64,000 nt of DNA from Eledone cirrhosa (lineage: Eukaryota), in contig OZ024740.1 of assembly GCA_964016885.1 (NCBI GenBank), positions 320,912,001-320,976,000 on the forward strand, read 5' to 3'. The stretch's first letter is position 1; every line of letters starts with the position of its first letter. Below, piece by piece: positions 25,101 through 40,100 of this stretch. Made by a program: the position numbers and the translations under genes. Below the pieces are notes generated by a model, which was not told the DNA's origin, made no database searches, and saw nothing but the letters and a program-made list of their open reading frames with translations.

Positions 25101-28100
25101 TAACACTGTCTACCTTTAGTCATGTCAACTACACAGCTGTCCTCCATCTATATAACACTGTCTACCTTTGGTCATGTCAACTACACAGCTGTCCTCCATC
25201 TATATAACACTGTCTACCTTTGGTCATGTCAACTACACAGTTGTCCTCCATCTATATAACACTGTCTACCTTTAGTCATGTCAACTACACAGCTGTCCTC
25301 CATCTATATAACACTGTCTACCTTTAGTCATGTCAGCTACACAGCTGTCCTCCATCTATATAACACTGTCTACCTTTAGTCATGTGAAGTACACAGCTGT
25401 CCTCCATCGATATAACACTGTCTACCTTTAGTCATGTCAACTACACAGCTGTCCCCCATCTATATAACACTGTCTACCTTTGGTCATGCCAACTACACAG
25501 CTGTCCTCATCTATATAACAGTCTACCTTTGGTCATGCCAACTACACAGCTGTCCTCCATCTATATAACATTGTCTACCTTTGGCCATGTCAACTACACA
25601 GCTGTCCTCATCTATATAACACTATACCTTTGGTCATGTCAACTACACAGCTGTCCTCCATCTATATAACACTGTCTACTGTTGGTCATGTCAACTACAC
25701 AGCTGTCCTTATCTATATAACACTGTCTACCTTTGGTCATATCAACTACACAGGTGTCCTCCATCTATATAACACTGTCTACCTTTGGCCATGTCAACTA
25801 CACAGCTGTCCTCCATCGATATAACACTGTCTACCTTTAGTCATGCCAACTACACAGCTGTACTCATCTATATAACACTGTCTACCTTTAGTCATGTCAA
25901 CTACACAGCTGTCCTCCATCTATATAACAGTCTACCTTTGGTCATGTCAACTACACAGCTGTCCTCCATCTATATAGCACTGTGTACCTTTGGTCATGTC
26001 AACTACACAGCTGTCCTCCATCTATATAACACTGTCTACCTTTAGTCATGTCAACTACACAGCTGTCCTCCATCTATATAACACTGTCTACCTTTGGTCA
26101 TGTCAACTACACAGCTGTCCTCCATCTATATAACACTGTCTACCTTTGGTCATGTCAACTACACAGTTGTCCTCCATCTATATAACACTGTCTACCTTTA
26201 GTCATGTCAACTACACAGCTGTCCTCCATCTATATAACACTGTCTACCTTTAGTCATGTCAGCTACACAGCTGTCCTCCATCTATATAACACTGTCTACC
26301 TTTAGTCATGTGAAGTACACAGCTGTCCTCCATCGATATAACACTGTCTACCTTTAGTCATGTCAACTACACAGCTGTCCCCCATCTATATAACACTGTC
26401 TACCTTTGGTCATGCCAACTACACAGCTGTCCTCATCTATATAACAGTCTACCTTTGGTCATGCCAACTACACAGCTGTCCTCCATCTATATAACATTGT
26501 CTACCTTTGGCCATGTCAACTACACAGCTGTCCTCATCTATATAACACTATACCTTTGGTCATGTCAACTACACAGCTGTCCTCCATCTATATAACACTG
26601 TCTACTGTTGGTCATGTCAACTACACAGCTGTCCTTATCTATATAACACTGTCTACCTTTGGTCATATCAACTACACAGGTGTCCTCCATCTATATAACA
26701 CTGTCTACCTTTGGCCATGTCAACTACACAGCTGTCCTCCATCGATATAACACTGTCTACCTTTAGTCATGCCAACTACACAGCTGTCCTCATCTATATA
26801 ACACTGTCTACCTTTAGTCATGTCAACTACACAGCTGTCCTCCATCTATATAACAGTCTACCTTTGGTCATGTCAACTACACAGCTGTCCTCCATCTATA
26901 TAACACTGTGTACCTTTGGTCATGTCAACTACACAGCTGTCCTCCATCTATATAACACTGTCTACCTTTAGTCATGTCAACTACACAGCTGTCCTCCATC
27001 TATATAACACTGTCTACCTTTGGTCATGTCAACTACACAGCTGTCCTCCATCTATATAACACTGTCTACCTTTGGTCATGTCAACTACACAGCTGTCCTC
27101 CATCTATATAACACTGTCTACCTTTAGTCATGTCAACTACACAGCTGTCCTCCATCTATATAACACTGTCTACCTTTAGTCATGTCAACTACACAGCTGT
27201 CCTCCATCTATATAACACTGTCTACCTTTAGTCATGTCAACTACACAGCTGTCCTCCATCTATATAACACTGTCTACCTTTAGTCATGTGAACTACACAG
27301 CTGTCCTCCATCGATATAACACTGTCTACCTTTAGTCATGTCAACTACACAGCTGTCCCCCATCTATATAACACTGTCTACCTTTGGTCATGCCAACTAC
27401 ACAGCTGTCCTCATCTATATAACAGTCTACCTTTGGTCATGCCAACTACACAGCTGTCCTCCATCTATATAACACTGTCTACCTTTGGCCATGTCAACTA
27501 CACAGCTGTCCTCATCTAAATAACACTGTCTACTGTTGGTCATGTCAACTACACAGCTGTCCTCCATCTATATAACAACACTATCTACCTTTGGTCATGT
27601 CAACTACACAGCTGTCCTCCATCTATATAACACTGTCTACTGTTGGTCATGTCAACTACACAGCTGTCCTCCATCTTTATAACACTGTCTACTGTAGGTC
27701 ATGTCAACTACACAGCTGTCCTCCATCTTTATAAAAACACTGTCTACCTTTAGTCATGTCAACTACACAGCTGTCCTCCATCTATATAACACTGTCTACC
27801 TTTGGTCAAGTCAACTACACAGCTGTCCTCCATCTATATAATAACACTGTCTACTTTTAGTCATGTCAACTACACAGGTGTCCCCATCTATACAACACTG
27901 TCTATCTTTGGTCATGTCAACTACACAGCTGTCCTCCATCTATATAACACTGTCTACCTTTGGTCATGTCAACTACACAGCTGTCCCCATCTATATAACA
28001 GTCTACCTTTGGCCATGTCAACTACACAGCTGTCCTCCATCTATATAACACTGTCTACCTTTAGTCATGTCAACTACACAACTGTCCTCCATCTATATAA

Positions 28101-31100
28101 CACTGTCTACCTTTAGCCATGTCAACCACACAGCTGTCCTCCATCTGTATAACACTGTCTACCTTTGGTCATGTCAACTACACAGCTGTCCTCATCTATA
28201 TAACAGTCTACCTTTGGTCATGTCAACTACACAGCTGTCCTCCATCGATATAACAATGTCTACCTTTAGTCATGCCAACTACACAGCTGCCCTCATCTAT
28301 ATAACAATCTACCTTTAGTCATGTCAACTACACAGCTGTCCTCCATCTATATAACACTGTCTACCTTTGGTCATGCCAACTACACAGCTGTCCTCCATCT
28401 ATATAACAGTCTACCTTTGGTCATGTCAACTACACAGCTGTCCTCCATCTATATAACACTGTGTACCTTTGGTCATGTCAACTACACAGCTGTCCTCCAT
28501 CTATATAACACTGTCTACTGTTGGTCATGTCAACTACACAGCTGTCCTCATCTATATAACACTGTCTACCTTTGGTCATATCAACTACACAGGTGTCCTC
28601 CATCTATATAACACTGTCTACCTTTGGCCATGTCAACTACACAGCTGTCCTCCATCGATATAACACTGTCTACCTTTGGTCAAGTCAACTACACAGCTGT
28701 CCTCCATCTATATAACACTGTGTACCTTTGGTCATGTCAACTACACAGCTGTCCTCCATCGATATAACAATCTACTTTTAGTCATGTCAACTACACAAGT
28801 GTCCCCATCTATACAACACTGTCTACCTTTAGTCATGCCAACTACACAGCTGTCCTCATCTATATAACACTGTCTACCTTTAGTCATGTCAACTACACAG
28901 CTGTCCTCCATCTATATAACAGTCTAGCTTTGGTCATGTCAACTACACAGCTGTCCTCCATCTATATAACACTGTGTACCTTTGGTCATGTCAACTACAC
29001 AGCTGTCCTCCATATATATAACAGTCTACCTTTAGTCATGTCAACTACACAGCTGTCCTCCATCTATATAACACTGTCTACCTTTGGTCATGTCAACTAC
29101 ACAGCTGTCCTCCATCTATATAACACTGTCTACCTTTGGTCATGTCAACTACACAGCTGTCCTCCATCTATATAACACTGTCTACCTTTAGTCATGTCAA
29201 CTACACAGCTGTCCTCCATCTATATAACACTGTCTACCTTTAGTCATGTCAGCTACACAGCTGTCCTCCATCTATATAACACTGTCTACCTTTAGTCATG
29301 TGAACTACACAGCTGTCCTCCATCGATATAACACTGTCTACCTTTAGTCATGTCAACTACACAGCTGTCCCCCATCTATATAACACTGTCTACCTTTGGT
29401 CATGCCAACTACACAGCTGTCCTCATCTATATAACAGTCTACCTTTGGTCATGCCAACTACACAGCTGTCCTCCATCTATATAACACTGTCTACCTTTGG
29501 CCATGTCAACTACACAGCTGTCCTCATCTATATAACACTATACCTTTGGTCATGTCAACTACACAGCTGTCCTCCATCTATATAACACTGTCTACTGTTG
29601 GTCACGTCAACTACACAGCTGTCCTCATCTATATAACACTGTCTACCTTTGGTCATATCAACTACACAGGTGTCCTCCATCTGTATAACACTGTCTACCT
29701 TTGGCCATGTCAACTACACAGCTGTCCTCCATCGATATAACACTGTCTACCTTTGGTCAAGTCAACTACACAGCTGTCCTCCATCTATATAACACTGTGT
29801 ACCTTTGGTCATGTCAACTACACAGCTGTCCTCCATCTATATAACACTGTCTACCTTTGGTCATGTCAACTACACAGCTGTCCCCATCTATACAACACTG
29901 TCTACCTTTGGTCATGTCAACTACACAGCTGTCCTCCATCTATATAACACTGTCTACCTTTGGTCGTGTCAACTACACAGCTGTCCTCCATCTATATAAC
30001 ACTGTCTACCTTTGGCCATGTCAACCACACAGCTGTCCTCCATCTGTATAACACTGTCTACCTTTGGTCATGTCAACTACACAGCTGTCCTCATCTATAT
30101 AACAGTCTACCTTTGGTCATGTCAACTACACAGCTGTCCTCATCTATATAACAGTCTACCTTTAGTCATGTCAACTACACAGCTGTCCTCCATCGATATA
30201 ACACTGTCTACCTTTAGTCATGCCAACTACACAGCTGTCCTCATCTATATAACACTGTGTACCTTTGGTCATGTCAACTACACAGCTGTCCTCCATCTAT
30301 ATAACACTGTCTACTGTTGGTCATGTCAACTACACAGCTGTCCTCATCTATATAACACTGTCTACCTTTGGTCATATCAACTACACAGGTGTCCTCCATC
30401 TATATAACACTGTCTACCTTTGGCCATGTCAACTACACAGCTGTCCTCCATCGATATAACACTGTCTACCTTTAGTCATGCCAACTACACAGCTGTCCTC
30501 ATCTATATAACACTGTCTACCTTTAGTCATGTCAACTACACAGCTGTCCTCCATCTATATAACAGTCTACCTTTGGTCATGTCAACTACACAGCTGTCCT
30601 CCATCTATATAACACTGTGTACCTTTGGTCATGTCAACTACACAGCTGTCCTCCATCTATATAACACTGTCTACCTTTAGTCATGTCAACTACACAGCTG
30701 TCCTCCATCTATATAACACTGTCTACCTTTGGTCATGTCAACTACACAGCTGTCCTCCATCTATATAACACTGTCTACCTTTGGTCATGTCAACTACACA
30801 GCTGTCCTCCATCTATATAACACTGTCTACCTTTAGTCATGTCAACTACACAGCTGTCCTCCATCTATATAACACTGTCTACCTTTAGTCATGTCAGCTA
30901 CACAGCTGTCCTCCATCTATATAACACTGTCTACCTTTAGTCATGTGAACTACACAGCTGTCCTCCATCGATATAACACTGTCTACCTTTAGTCATGTCA
31001 ACTACACAGCTGTCCCCCATCTATATAACACTGTCTACCTTTGGTCATGCCAACTACACAGCTGTCCTCATCTATATAACAGTCTACCTTTGGTCATGCC

Positions 31101-34100
31101 AACTACACAGCTGTCCTCCATCTATATAACACTGTCTACCTTTGGCCATGTCAACTACACAGCTGTCCTCATCTATATAACACTATACCTTTGGTCATGT
31201 CAACTACACAGCTGTCCTCCATCTATATAACACTGTCTACTGTTGGTCATGTCAACTACACAGCTGTCCTCATCTATATAACACTGTCTACCTTTGGTCA
31301 TATCAACTACACAGGTGTCCTCCATCTATATAACACTGTCTACCTTTGGCCATGTCAACTACACAGCTGTCCTCCATCGATATAACACTGTCTACCTTTA
31401 GTCATGCCAACTACACAGTTGTCCTCATCTATATAACACTGTCTACCTTTAGTCATGTCAACTACACAGCTGTCCTCCATCTATATAACAGTCTACCTTT
31501 GGTCATGTCAACTACACAGCTGTCCTCCATCTATATAACACTGTGTACCTTTAGTCATGTCAACTACACAGCTGTCCTCCATCTATATAACACTGTCTAC
31601 CTTTAGTCATGTCAACTACACAGCTGTCCTCCATCTATATAACACTGTCTACCTTTGGTCATGTCAACTACACAGCTGTCCTCCATCTATATAACACTGT
31701 CTACCTTTGGTCATGTCAACTACACAGCTGTCCTCCATCTATATAACACTGTCTACCTTTAGTCATGTCAACTACACAGCTGTCCTCCATCTATATAACA
31801 CTGTCTACCTTTAGTCATGTCAACTACACAGCTGTCCTCCATCTATATAACACTGTCTACCTTTAGTCATGTCAACTACACAGCTGTCCTCCATCTATAT
31901 AACACTGTCTACCTTTAGTCATGTGAACTACACAGCTGTCCTCCATCGATATAACACTGTCTACCTTTAGTCATGTCAACTACACAGCTGTCCCCCATCT
32001 ATATAACACTGTCTACCTTTGGTCATGCCAACTACACAGCTGTCCTCGTCTATATAACAGTCTACCTTTGGTCATGCCAACTACACAGCTGTCCTCCATC
32101 TATATAACACTGTCTACCTTTAGCCATGTCAACTACACAGCTGTCCTCATCTAAATAACACTGTCTACTGTTGGTCATGTCAACTACACAGCTGTCCTCC
32201 ATCTATATAACAACACTGTCTACCTTTGGTCATGTCAACTACACAGCTGTCCTCCATCTATATAACACTGTCTACTGTTGGTCATGTCAACTACACAGCT
32301 GTCGTCCATCTTTATAACACTGTCTACTGTTGGTCATGTCAACTACACAGCTGTCCTCCATCTATATAACAACACTGTCTACCTTTAGTCATGTCAACTA
32401 CACAGCTGTCCTCCATCTATATAACACTGTCTACCTTTGGTCAAGTCAACTACACAGCTGTCCTCCATCTATATAACAACAGTCTACTTTTAGTCATGTA
32501 AACTACACAGGTGTCCCCATCTATACAACACTGTCTATCTTTGGTCATGTCAACTACACAGCTGTCCTCCATCTATATAACACTGTCTACCTTTGGTCAT
32601 GTCAACTACACAGCTGTCCCCATCTATATAACAGTCTACCTTTGGCCATGTCAACTACACAGCTGTCCTCCATCTATATAACACTGTCTACCTTTAGTCA
32701 TGTCAACTACACAGCTGTCCTCCATCTATATAACACTGTCTACCTTTGGCCATGTCAACCACACAGCTGTCCTCCATCTGTATAACACTGTCTACCTTTG
32801 GTCATGTCAACTACACAGCTGTCCTCATCTATATAACAGTCTACCTTTGGTCATGTCAACTACACAGCTGTCCTCCATCGATATAACACTGTCTACCTTT
32901 AGTCATGCCAACTACACAGCTGTCCTCATCTATATAACACTGTGTACCTTTGGTCATGTCAACTACACAGCTGTCCTCCATCTATATAACACTGTCTACT
33001 TTTGGTCATGTCAACAACACAGCTGTCCTCATCTATATAACACTGTCTACCTTTGGTCATATCAACTACACAGGTGTCCTCCATCTATATAACACTGTCT
33101 ACCTTTGGCCATGTCAACTACACAGCTGTCCTCCATCGATATAACACTGTCTACCTTTAGTCATGCCAACTACACAGCTGTACTCATCTATATAACACTG
33201 TCTACCTTTAGTCATGTCAACTACACAGCTGTCCTCCATCTATATAACAGTCTACCTTTGGTCATGTCAACTACACAGCTGTCCTCCATCTATATAGCAC
33301 TGTGTACCTTTGGTCATGTCAACTACACAGCTGTCCTCCATCTATATAACACTGTCTACCTTTAGTCATGTCAACTACACAGCTGTCCTCCATCTATATA
33401 ACACTGTCTACCTTTGGTCATGTCAACTACACAGCTGTCCTCCATCTATATAACACTGTCTACCTTTGGTCATGTCAACTACACAGTTGTCCTCCATCTA
33501 TATAACACTGTCTACCTTTAGTCATGTCAACTACACAGCTGTCCTCCATCTATATAACACTGTCTACCTTTAGTCATGTCAGCTACACAGCTGTCCTCCA
33601 TCTATATAACACTGTCTACCTTTAGTCATGTGAAGTACACAGCTGTCCTCCATCGATATAACACTGTCTACCTTTAGTCATGTCAACTACACAGCTGTCC
33701 CCCATCTATATAACACTGTCTACCTTTGGTCATGCCAACTACACAGCTGTCCTCATCTATATAACAGTCTACCTTTGGTCATGCCAACTACACAGCTGTC
33801 CTCCATCTATATAACATTGTCTACCTTTGGCCATGTCAACTACACAGCTGTCCTCATCTATATAACACTATACCTTTGGTCATGTCAACTACACAGCTGT
33901 CCTCCATCTATATAACACTGTCTACTGTTGGTCATGTCAACTACACAGCTGTCCTTATCTATATAACACTGTCTACCTTTGGTCATATCAACTACACAGG
34001 TGTCCTCCATCTATATAACACTGTCTACCTTTGGCCATGTCAACTACACAGCTGTCCTCCATCGATATAACACTGTCTACCTTTAGTCATGCCAACTACA

Positions 34101-37100
34101 CAGCTGTACTCATCTATATAACACTGTCTACCTTTAGTCATGTCAACTACACAGCTGTCCTCCATCTATATAACAGTCTACCTTTGGTCATGTCAACTAC
34201 ACAGCTGTCCTCCATCTATATAGCACTGTGTACCTTTGGTCATGTCAACTACACAGCTGTCCTCCATCTATATAACACTGTCTACCTTTAGTCATGTCAA
34301 CTACACAGCTGTCCTCCATCTATATAACACTGTCTACCTTTGGTCATGTCAACTACACAGCTGTCCTCCATCTATATAACACTGTCTACCTTTGGTCATG
34401 TCAACTACACAGTTGTCCTCCATCTATATAACACTGTCTACCTTTAGTCATGTCAACTACACAGCTGTCCTCCATCTATATAACACTGTCTACCTTTAGT
34501 CATGTCAGCTACACAGCTGTCCTCCATCTATATAACACTGTCTACCTTTAGTCATGTGAAGTACACAGCTGTCCTCCATCGATATAACACTGTCTACCTT
34601 TAGTCATGTCAACTACACAGCTGTCCCCCATCTATATAACACTGTCTACCTTTGGTCATGCCAACTACACAGCTGTCCTCATCTATATAACAGTCTACCT
34701 TTGGTCATGCCAACTACACAGCTGTCCTCCATCTATATAACATTGTCTACCTTTGGCCATGTCAACTACACAGCTGTCCTCATCTATATAACACTATACC
34801 TTTGGTCATGTCAACTACACAGCTGTCCTCCATCTATATAACACTGTCTACTGTTGGTCATGTCAACTACACAGCTGTCCTTATCTATATAACACTGTCT
34901 ACCTTTGGTCATATCAACTACACAGGTGTCCTCCATCTATATAACACTGTCTACCTTTGGCCATGTCAACTACACAGCTGTCCTCCATCGATATAACACT
35001 GTCTACCTTTAGTCATGCCAACTACACAGCTGTCCTCATCTATATAACACTGTCTACCTTTAGTCATGTCAACTACACAGCTGTCCTCCATCTATATAAC
35101 AGTCTACCTTTGGTCATGTCAACTACACAGCTGTCCTCCATCTATATAACACTGTACCTTTGGTCATGTCAACTACACAGCTGTCCTCCATCTATATAAC
35201 ACTGTCTACCTTTAGTCATGTCAACTACACAGCTGTCCTCCATCTATATAACACTGTCTACCTTTGGTCATGTCAACTACACAGCTGTCCTCCATCTATA
35301 TAACACTGTCTACCTTTGGTCATGTCAACTACACAGCTGTCCTCCATCTATATAACACTGTCTACCTTTAGTCATGTCAACTACACAGCTGTCCTCCATC
35401 TATATAACACTGTCTACCTTTAGTCATGTCAACTACACAGCTGTCCTCCATCTATATAACACTGTCTACCTTTAGTCATGTCAACTACACAGCTGTCCTC
35501 CATCTATATAACACTGTCTACCTTTAGTCATGTGAACTACACAGCTGTCCTCCATCGATATAACACTGTCTACCTTTAGTCATGTCAACTACACAGCTGT
35601 CCCCCATCTATATAACACTGTCTACCTTTGGTCATGCCAACTACACAGCTGTCCTCATCTATATAACAGTCTACCTTTGGTCATGCCAACTACACAGCTG
35701 TCCTCCATCTATATAACACTGTCTACCTTTGGCCATGTCAACTACACAGCTGTCCTCATCTAAATAACACTGTCTACTGTTGGTCATGTCAACTACACAG
35801 CTGTCCTCCATCTATATAACAACACTATCTACCTTTGGTCATGTCAACTACACAGCTGTCCTCCATCTATATAACACTGTCTACTGTTGGTCATGTCAAC
35901 TACACAGCTGTCCTCCATCTTTATAACACTGTCTACTGTAGGTCATGTCAACTACACAGCTGTCCTCCATCTTTATAAAAACACTGTCTACCTTTAGTCA
36001 TGTCAACTACACAGCTGTCCTCCATCTATATAACACTGTCTACCTTTGGTCAAGTCAACTACACAGCTGTCCTCCATCTATATAATAACACTGTCTACTT
36101 TTAGTCATGTCAACTACACAGGTGTCCCCATCTATACAACACTGTCTATCTTTGGTCATGTCAACTACACAGCTGTCCTCCATCTATATAACACTGTCTA
36201 CCTTTGGTCATGTCAACTACACAGCTGTCCCCATCTATATAACAGTCTACCTTTGGCCATGTCAACTACACAGCTGTCCTCCATCTATATAACACTGTCT
36301 ACCTTTAGTCATGTCAACTACACAACTGTCCTCCATCTATATAACACTGTCTACCTTTAGCCATGTCAACCACACAGCTGTCCTCCATCTGTATAACACT
36401 GTCTACCTTTGGTCATGTCAACTACACAGCTGTCCTCATCTATATAACAGTCTACCTTTGGTCATGTCAACTACACAGCTGTCCTCCATCGATATAACAA
36501 TGTCTACCTTTAGTCATGCCAACTACACAGCTGCCCTCATCTATATAACAATCTACCTTTAGTCATGTCAACTACACAGCTGTCCTCCATCTATATAACA
36601 CTGTCTACCTTTGGTCATGCCAACTACACAGCTGTCCTCCATCTATATAACAGTCTACCTTTGGTCATGTCAACTACACAGCTGTCCTCCATCTATATAA
36701 CACTGTGTACCTTTGGTCATGTCAACTACACAGCTGTCCTCCATCTATATAACACTGTCTACTGTTGGTCATGTCAACTACACAGCTGTCCTCATCTATA
36801 TAACACTGTCTACCTTTGGTCATATCAACTACACAGGTGTCCTCCATCTATATAACACTGTCTACCTTTGGCCATGTCAACTACACAGCTGTCCTCCATC
36901 GATATAACACTGTCTACCTTTGGTCAAGTCAACTACACAGCTGTCCTCCATCTATATAACACTGTGTACCTTTGGTCATGTCAACTACACAGCTGTCCTC
37001 CATCGATATAACAATCTACTTTTAGTCATGTCAACTACACAAGTGTCCCCATCTATACAACACTGTCTACCTTTAGTCATGCCAACTACACAGCTGTCCT

Positions 37101-40100
37101 CATCTATATAACACTGTCTACCTTTAGTCATGTCAACTACACAGCTGTCCTCCATCTATATAACAGTCTAGCTTTGGTCATGTCAACTACACAGCTGTCC
37201 TCCATCTATATAACACTGTGTACCTTTGGTCATGTCAACTACACAGCTGTCCTCCATATATATAACAGTCTACCTTTAGTCATGTCAACTACACAGCTGT
37301 CCTCCATCTATATAACACTGTCTACCTTTGGTCATGTCAACTACACAGCTGTCCTCCATCTATATAACACTGTCTACCTTTGGTCATGTCAACTACACAG
37401 CTGTCCTCCATCTATATAACACTGTCTACCTTTAGTCATGTCAACTACACAGCTGTCCTCCATCTATATAACACTGTCTACCTTTAGTCATGTCAGCTAC
37501 ACAGCTGTCCTCCATCTATATAACACTGTCTACCTTTAGTCATGTGAACTACACAGCTGTCCTCCATCGATATAACACTGTCTACCTTTAGTCATGTCAA
37601 CTACACAGCTGTCCCCCATCTATATAACACTGTCTACCTTTGGTCATGCCAACTACACAGCTGTCCTCATCTATATAACAGTCTACCTTTGGTCATGCCA
37701 ACTACACAGCTGTCCTCCATCTATATAACACTGTCTACCTTTGGCCATGTCAACTACACAGCTGTCCTCATCTATATAACACTATACCTTTGGTCATGTC
37801 AACTACACAGCTGTCCTCCATCTATATAACACTGTCTACTGTTGGTCACGTCAACTACACAGCTGTCCTCATCTATATAACACTGTCTACCTTTGGTCAT
37901 ATCAACTACACAGGTGTCCTCCATCTATATAACACTGTCTACCTTTGGCCATGTCAACTACACAGCTGTCCTCCATCGATATAACACTCTACCTTTAGTC
38001 ATGCCAACTACACAGCTGTCCTCATCTATATAACACTGTCTACCTTTAGTCATGTCAACTACACAGCTGTCCTCCATCTATATAACAGTCTACCTTTGGT
38101 CATGTCAACTACACAGCTGTCCTCCATCTATATAACACTGTGTACCTTTGGTCATGTCAACTACACAGCTGTCCTCCATCTATATAACACAGTCTACCTT
38201 TAGTCATGTCAACTACACAGTTGTCCTCCATCTATATAACACTGTCTACCTTTGGTCATGTCAACTACACAGCTGTCCTCCATCTATATAACACTGTCTA
38301 CCTTTGGTCATGTCAACTACACAGCTGTCCTCCATCTATATAACACTGTCTACCTTTAGTCATGTCAACTACACAGCTGTCCTCCATCTATATAACACTG
38401 TCTACCTTTAGTCATGTCAACTACACAGCTGTCCTCCATCTATATAACACTGTCTACCTTTAGTCATGTCAACTACACAGCTGTCCTCCATCTATATAAC
38501 ACTGTCTACCTTTAGTCATGTGAACTACACAGCTGTCCTCCATCGATATAACACTGTCTACCTTTAGTTATGTCAACTACACAGCTGTCCCCCATCTATA
38601 TAACACTGTCTACCTTTGGTCATGCCAACTACACAGCTGTCCTCATCTATATAACAGTCTACCTTTGGTCATGCCAACTACACAGCTGTCCTCCATCTAT
38701 ATAACACTGTCTACCTTTGGCCATGTCAACTACACAGCTGTCCTCCATCTATATAACACTGTCTACCTTTGGCCATGTCAACTACACAGCTGTCCTCATC
38801 TAAATAACACTGTCTACTGTTGGTCATGTCAACTACACAGCTGTCCTCCATCTATATAACAACACTGTCTACCTTTGGTCATGTCAACTACACAGCTGTC
38901 CTCCATCTATATAACACTGTCTACTGTTGGTCATGTCAACTACACAGCTGTCCTCCATCTTTATAACACTGTCTACTGTTGGTCATGTCAACTACACAGC
39001 TGTCCTCCATCTATATAACAACACTGTCTACCTTTAGTCATGTCAACTACACAGCTGTCCTCCATCTATATAACACTGTCTACCTTTGGTCAAGTCAACT
39101 ACACAGCTGTCCTCCATCTATATAACAACACTGTCTACTTTTAGTCATGTAAACTACACAGGTGTCCCCATCTATACAACACTGTCTATCTTTGGTCATG
39201 TCAACTACACAGCTGTCCTCCATCTATATAACACTGTCTACCTTTGGTCATGTCAACTACACAGCTGTCCCCATCTATATAACAGTCTACCTTTGGCCAT
39301 GTCAACTACACAGCTGTCCTCCATCCATATAACACTGTCTACCTTTAGTCATGTCAACTACACAGCTGTCCTCCATCTATATAACACTGTCTACCTTTGG
39401 CCATGTCAACCACACAGCTGTCCTCCATCTGTATAACACAGTCTACCTTTGGTCATGTCAACTACACAGCTGTCCTCCATCTATATAACACTGTCTACCT
39501 TTGGTCATGTCAACTACACAGCTGTCCTCATCTATATAACAGTCTACCTTTGGTCATGTCAACTACACAGCTGTCCTCCATCGATATAACAATGTCTACC
39601 TTTAGTCATGCCAACTACACAGCTGTCCTCATCTATATAACAATCTACCTTTAGTCATGTCAACTACACAGCTGTCCTCCATCTATATAACACTGTCTAC
39701 CTTTGGTCATGCCAACTACACAGCTGTCCTCCATCTATATAACAGTCTACTTTTGGTCATGTCAACTACACAGGTGTCCCCCATCTATATAACACTGTCT
39801 ACCTTTAGTCATGTCAACTACACAGCTGTCCTCCATCTATATAACACTGTCTACCTTTGGTCATGTCAACTACACAGCTGTCCTCCATCGATATAACACT
39901 GTCTACCTTTGGCCATGTCAATCACATAGCTGTCCTCATCTATATAACACTGTCTACCTTTAGTCATGTCAACTACACAGCTGTCCTCCATCTATATAAC
40001 ACTGTCTACCTTTGGTCATGTCAACTACACAGCTGTCCTCCATCTATACAACACTGTCTACCTTTAGTCATGTCAATTACACAGCTGTCCTCCATCTATA

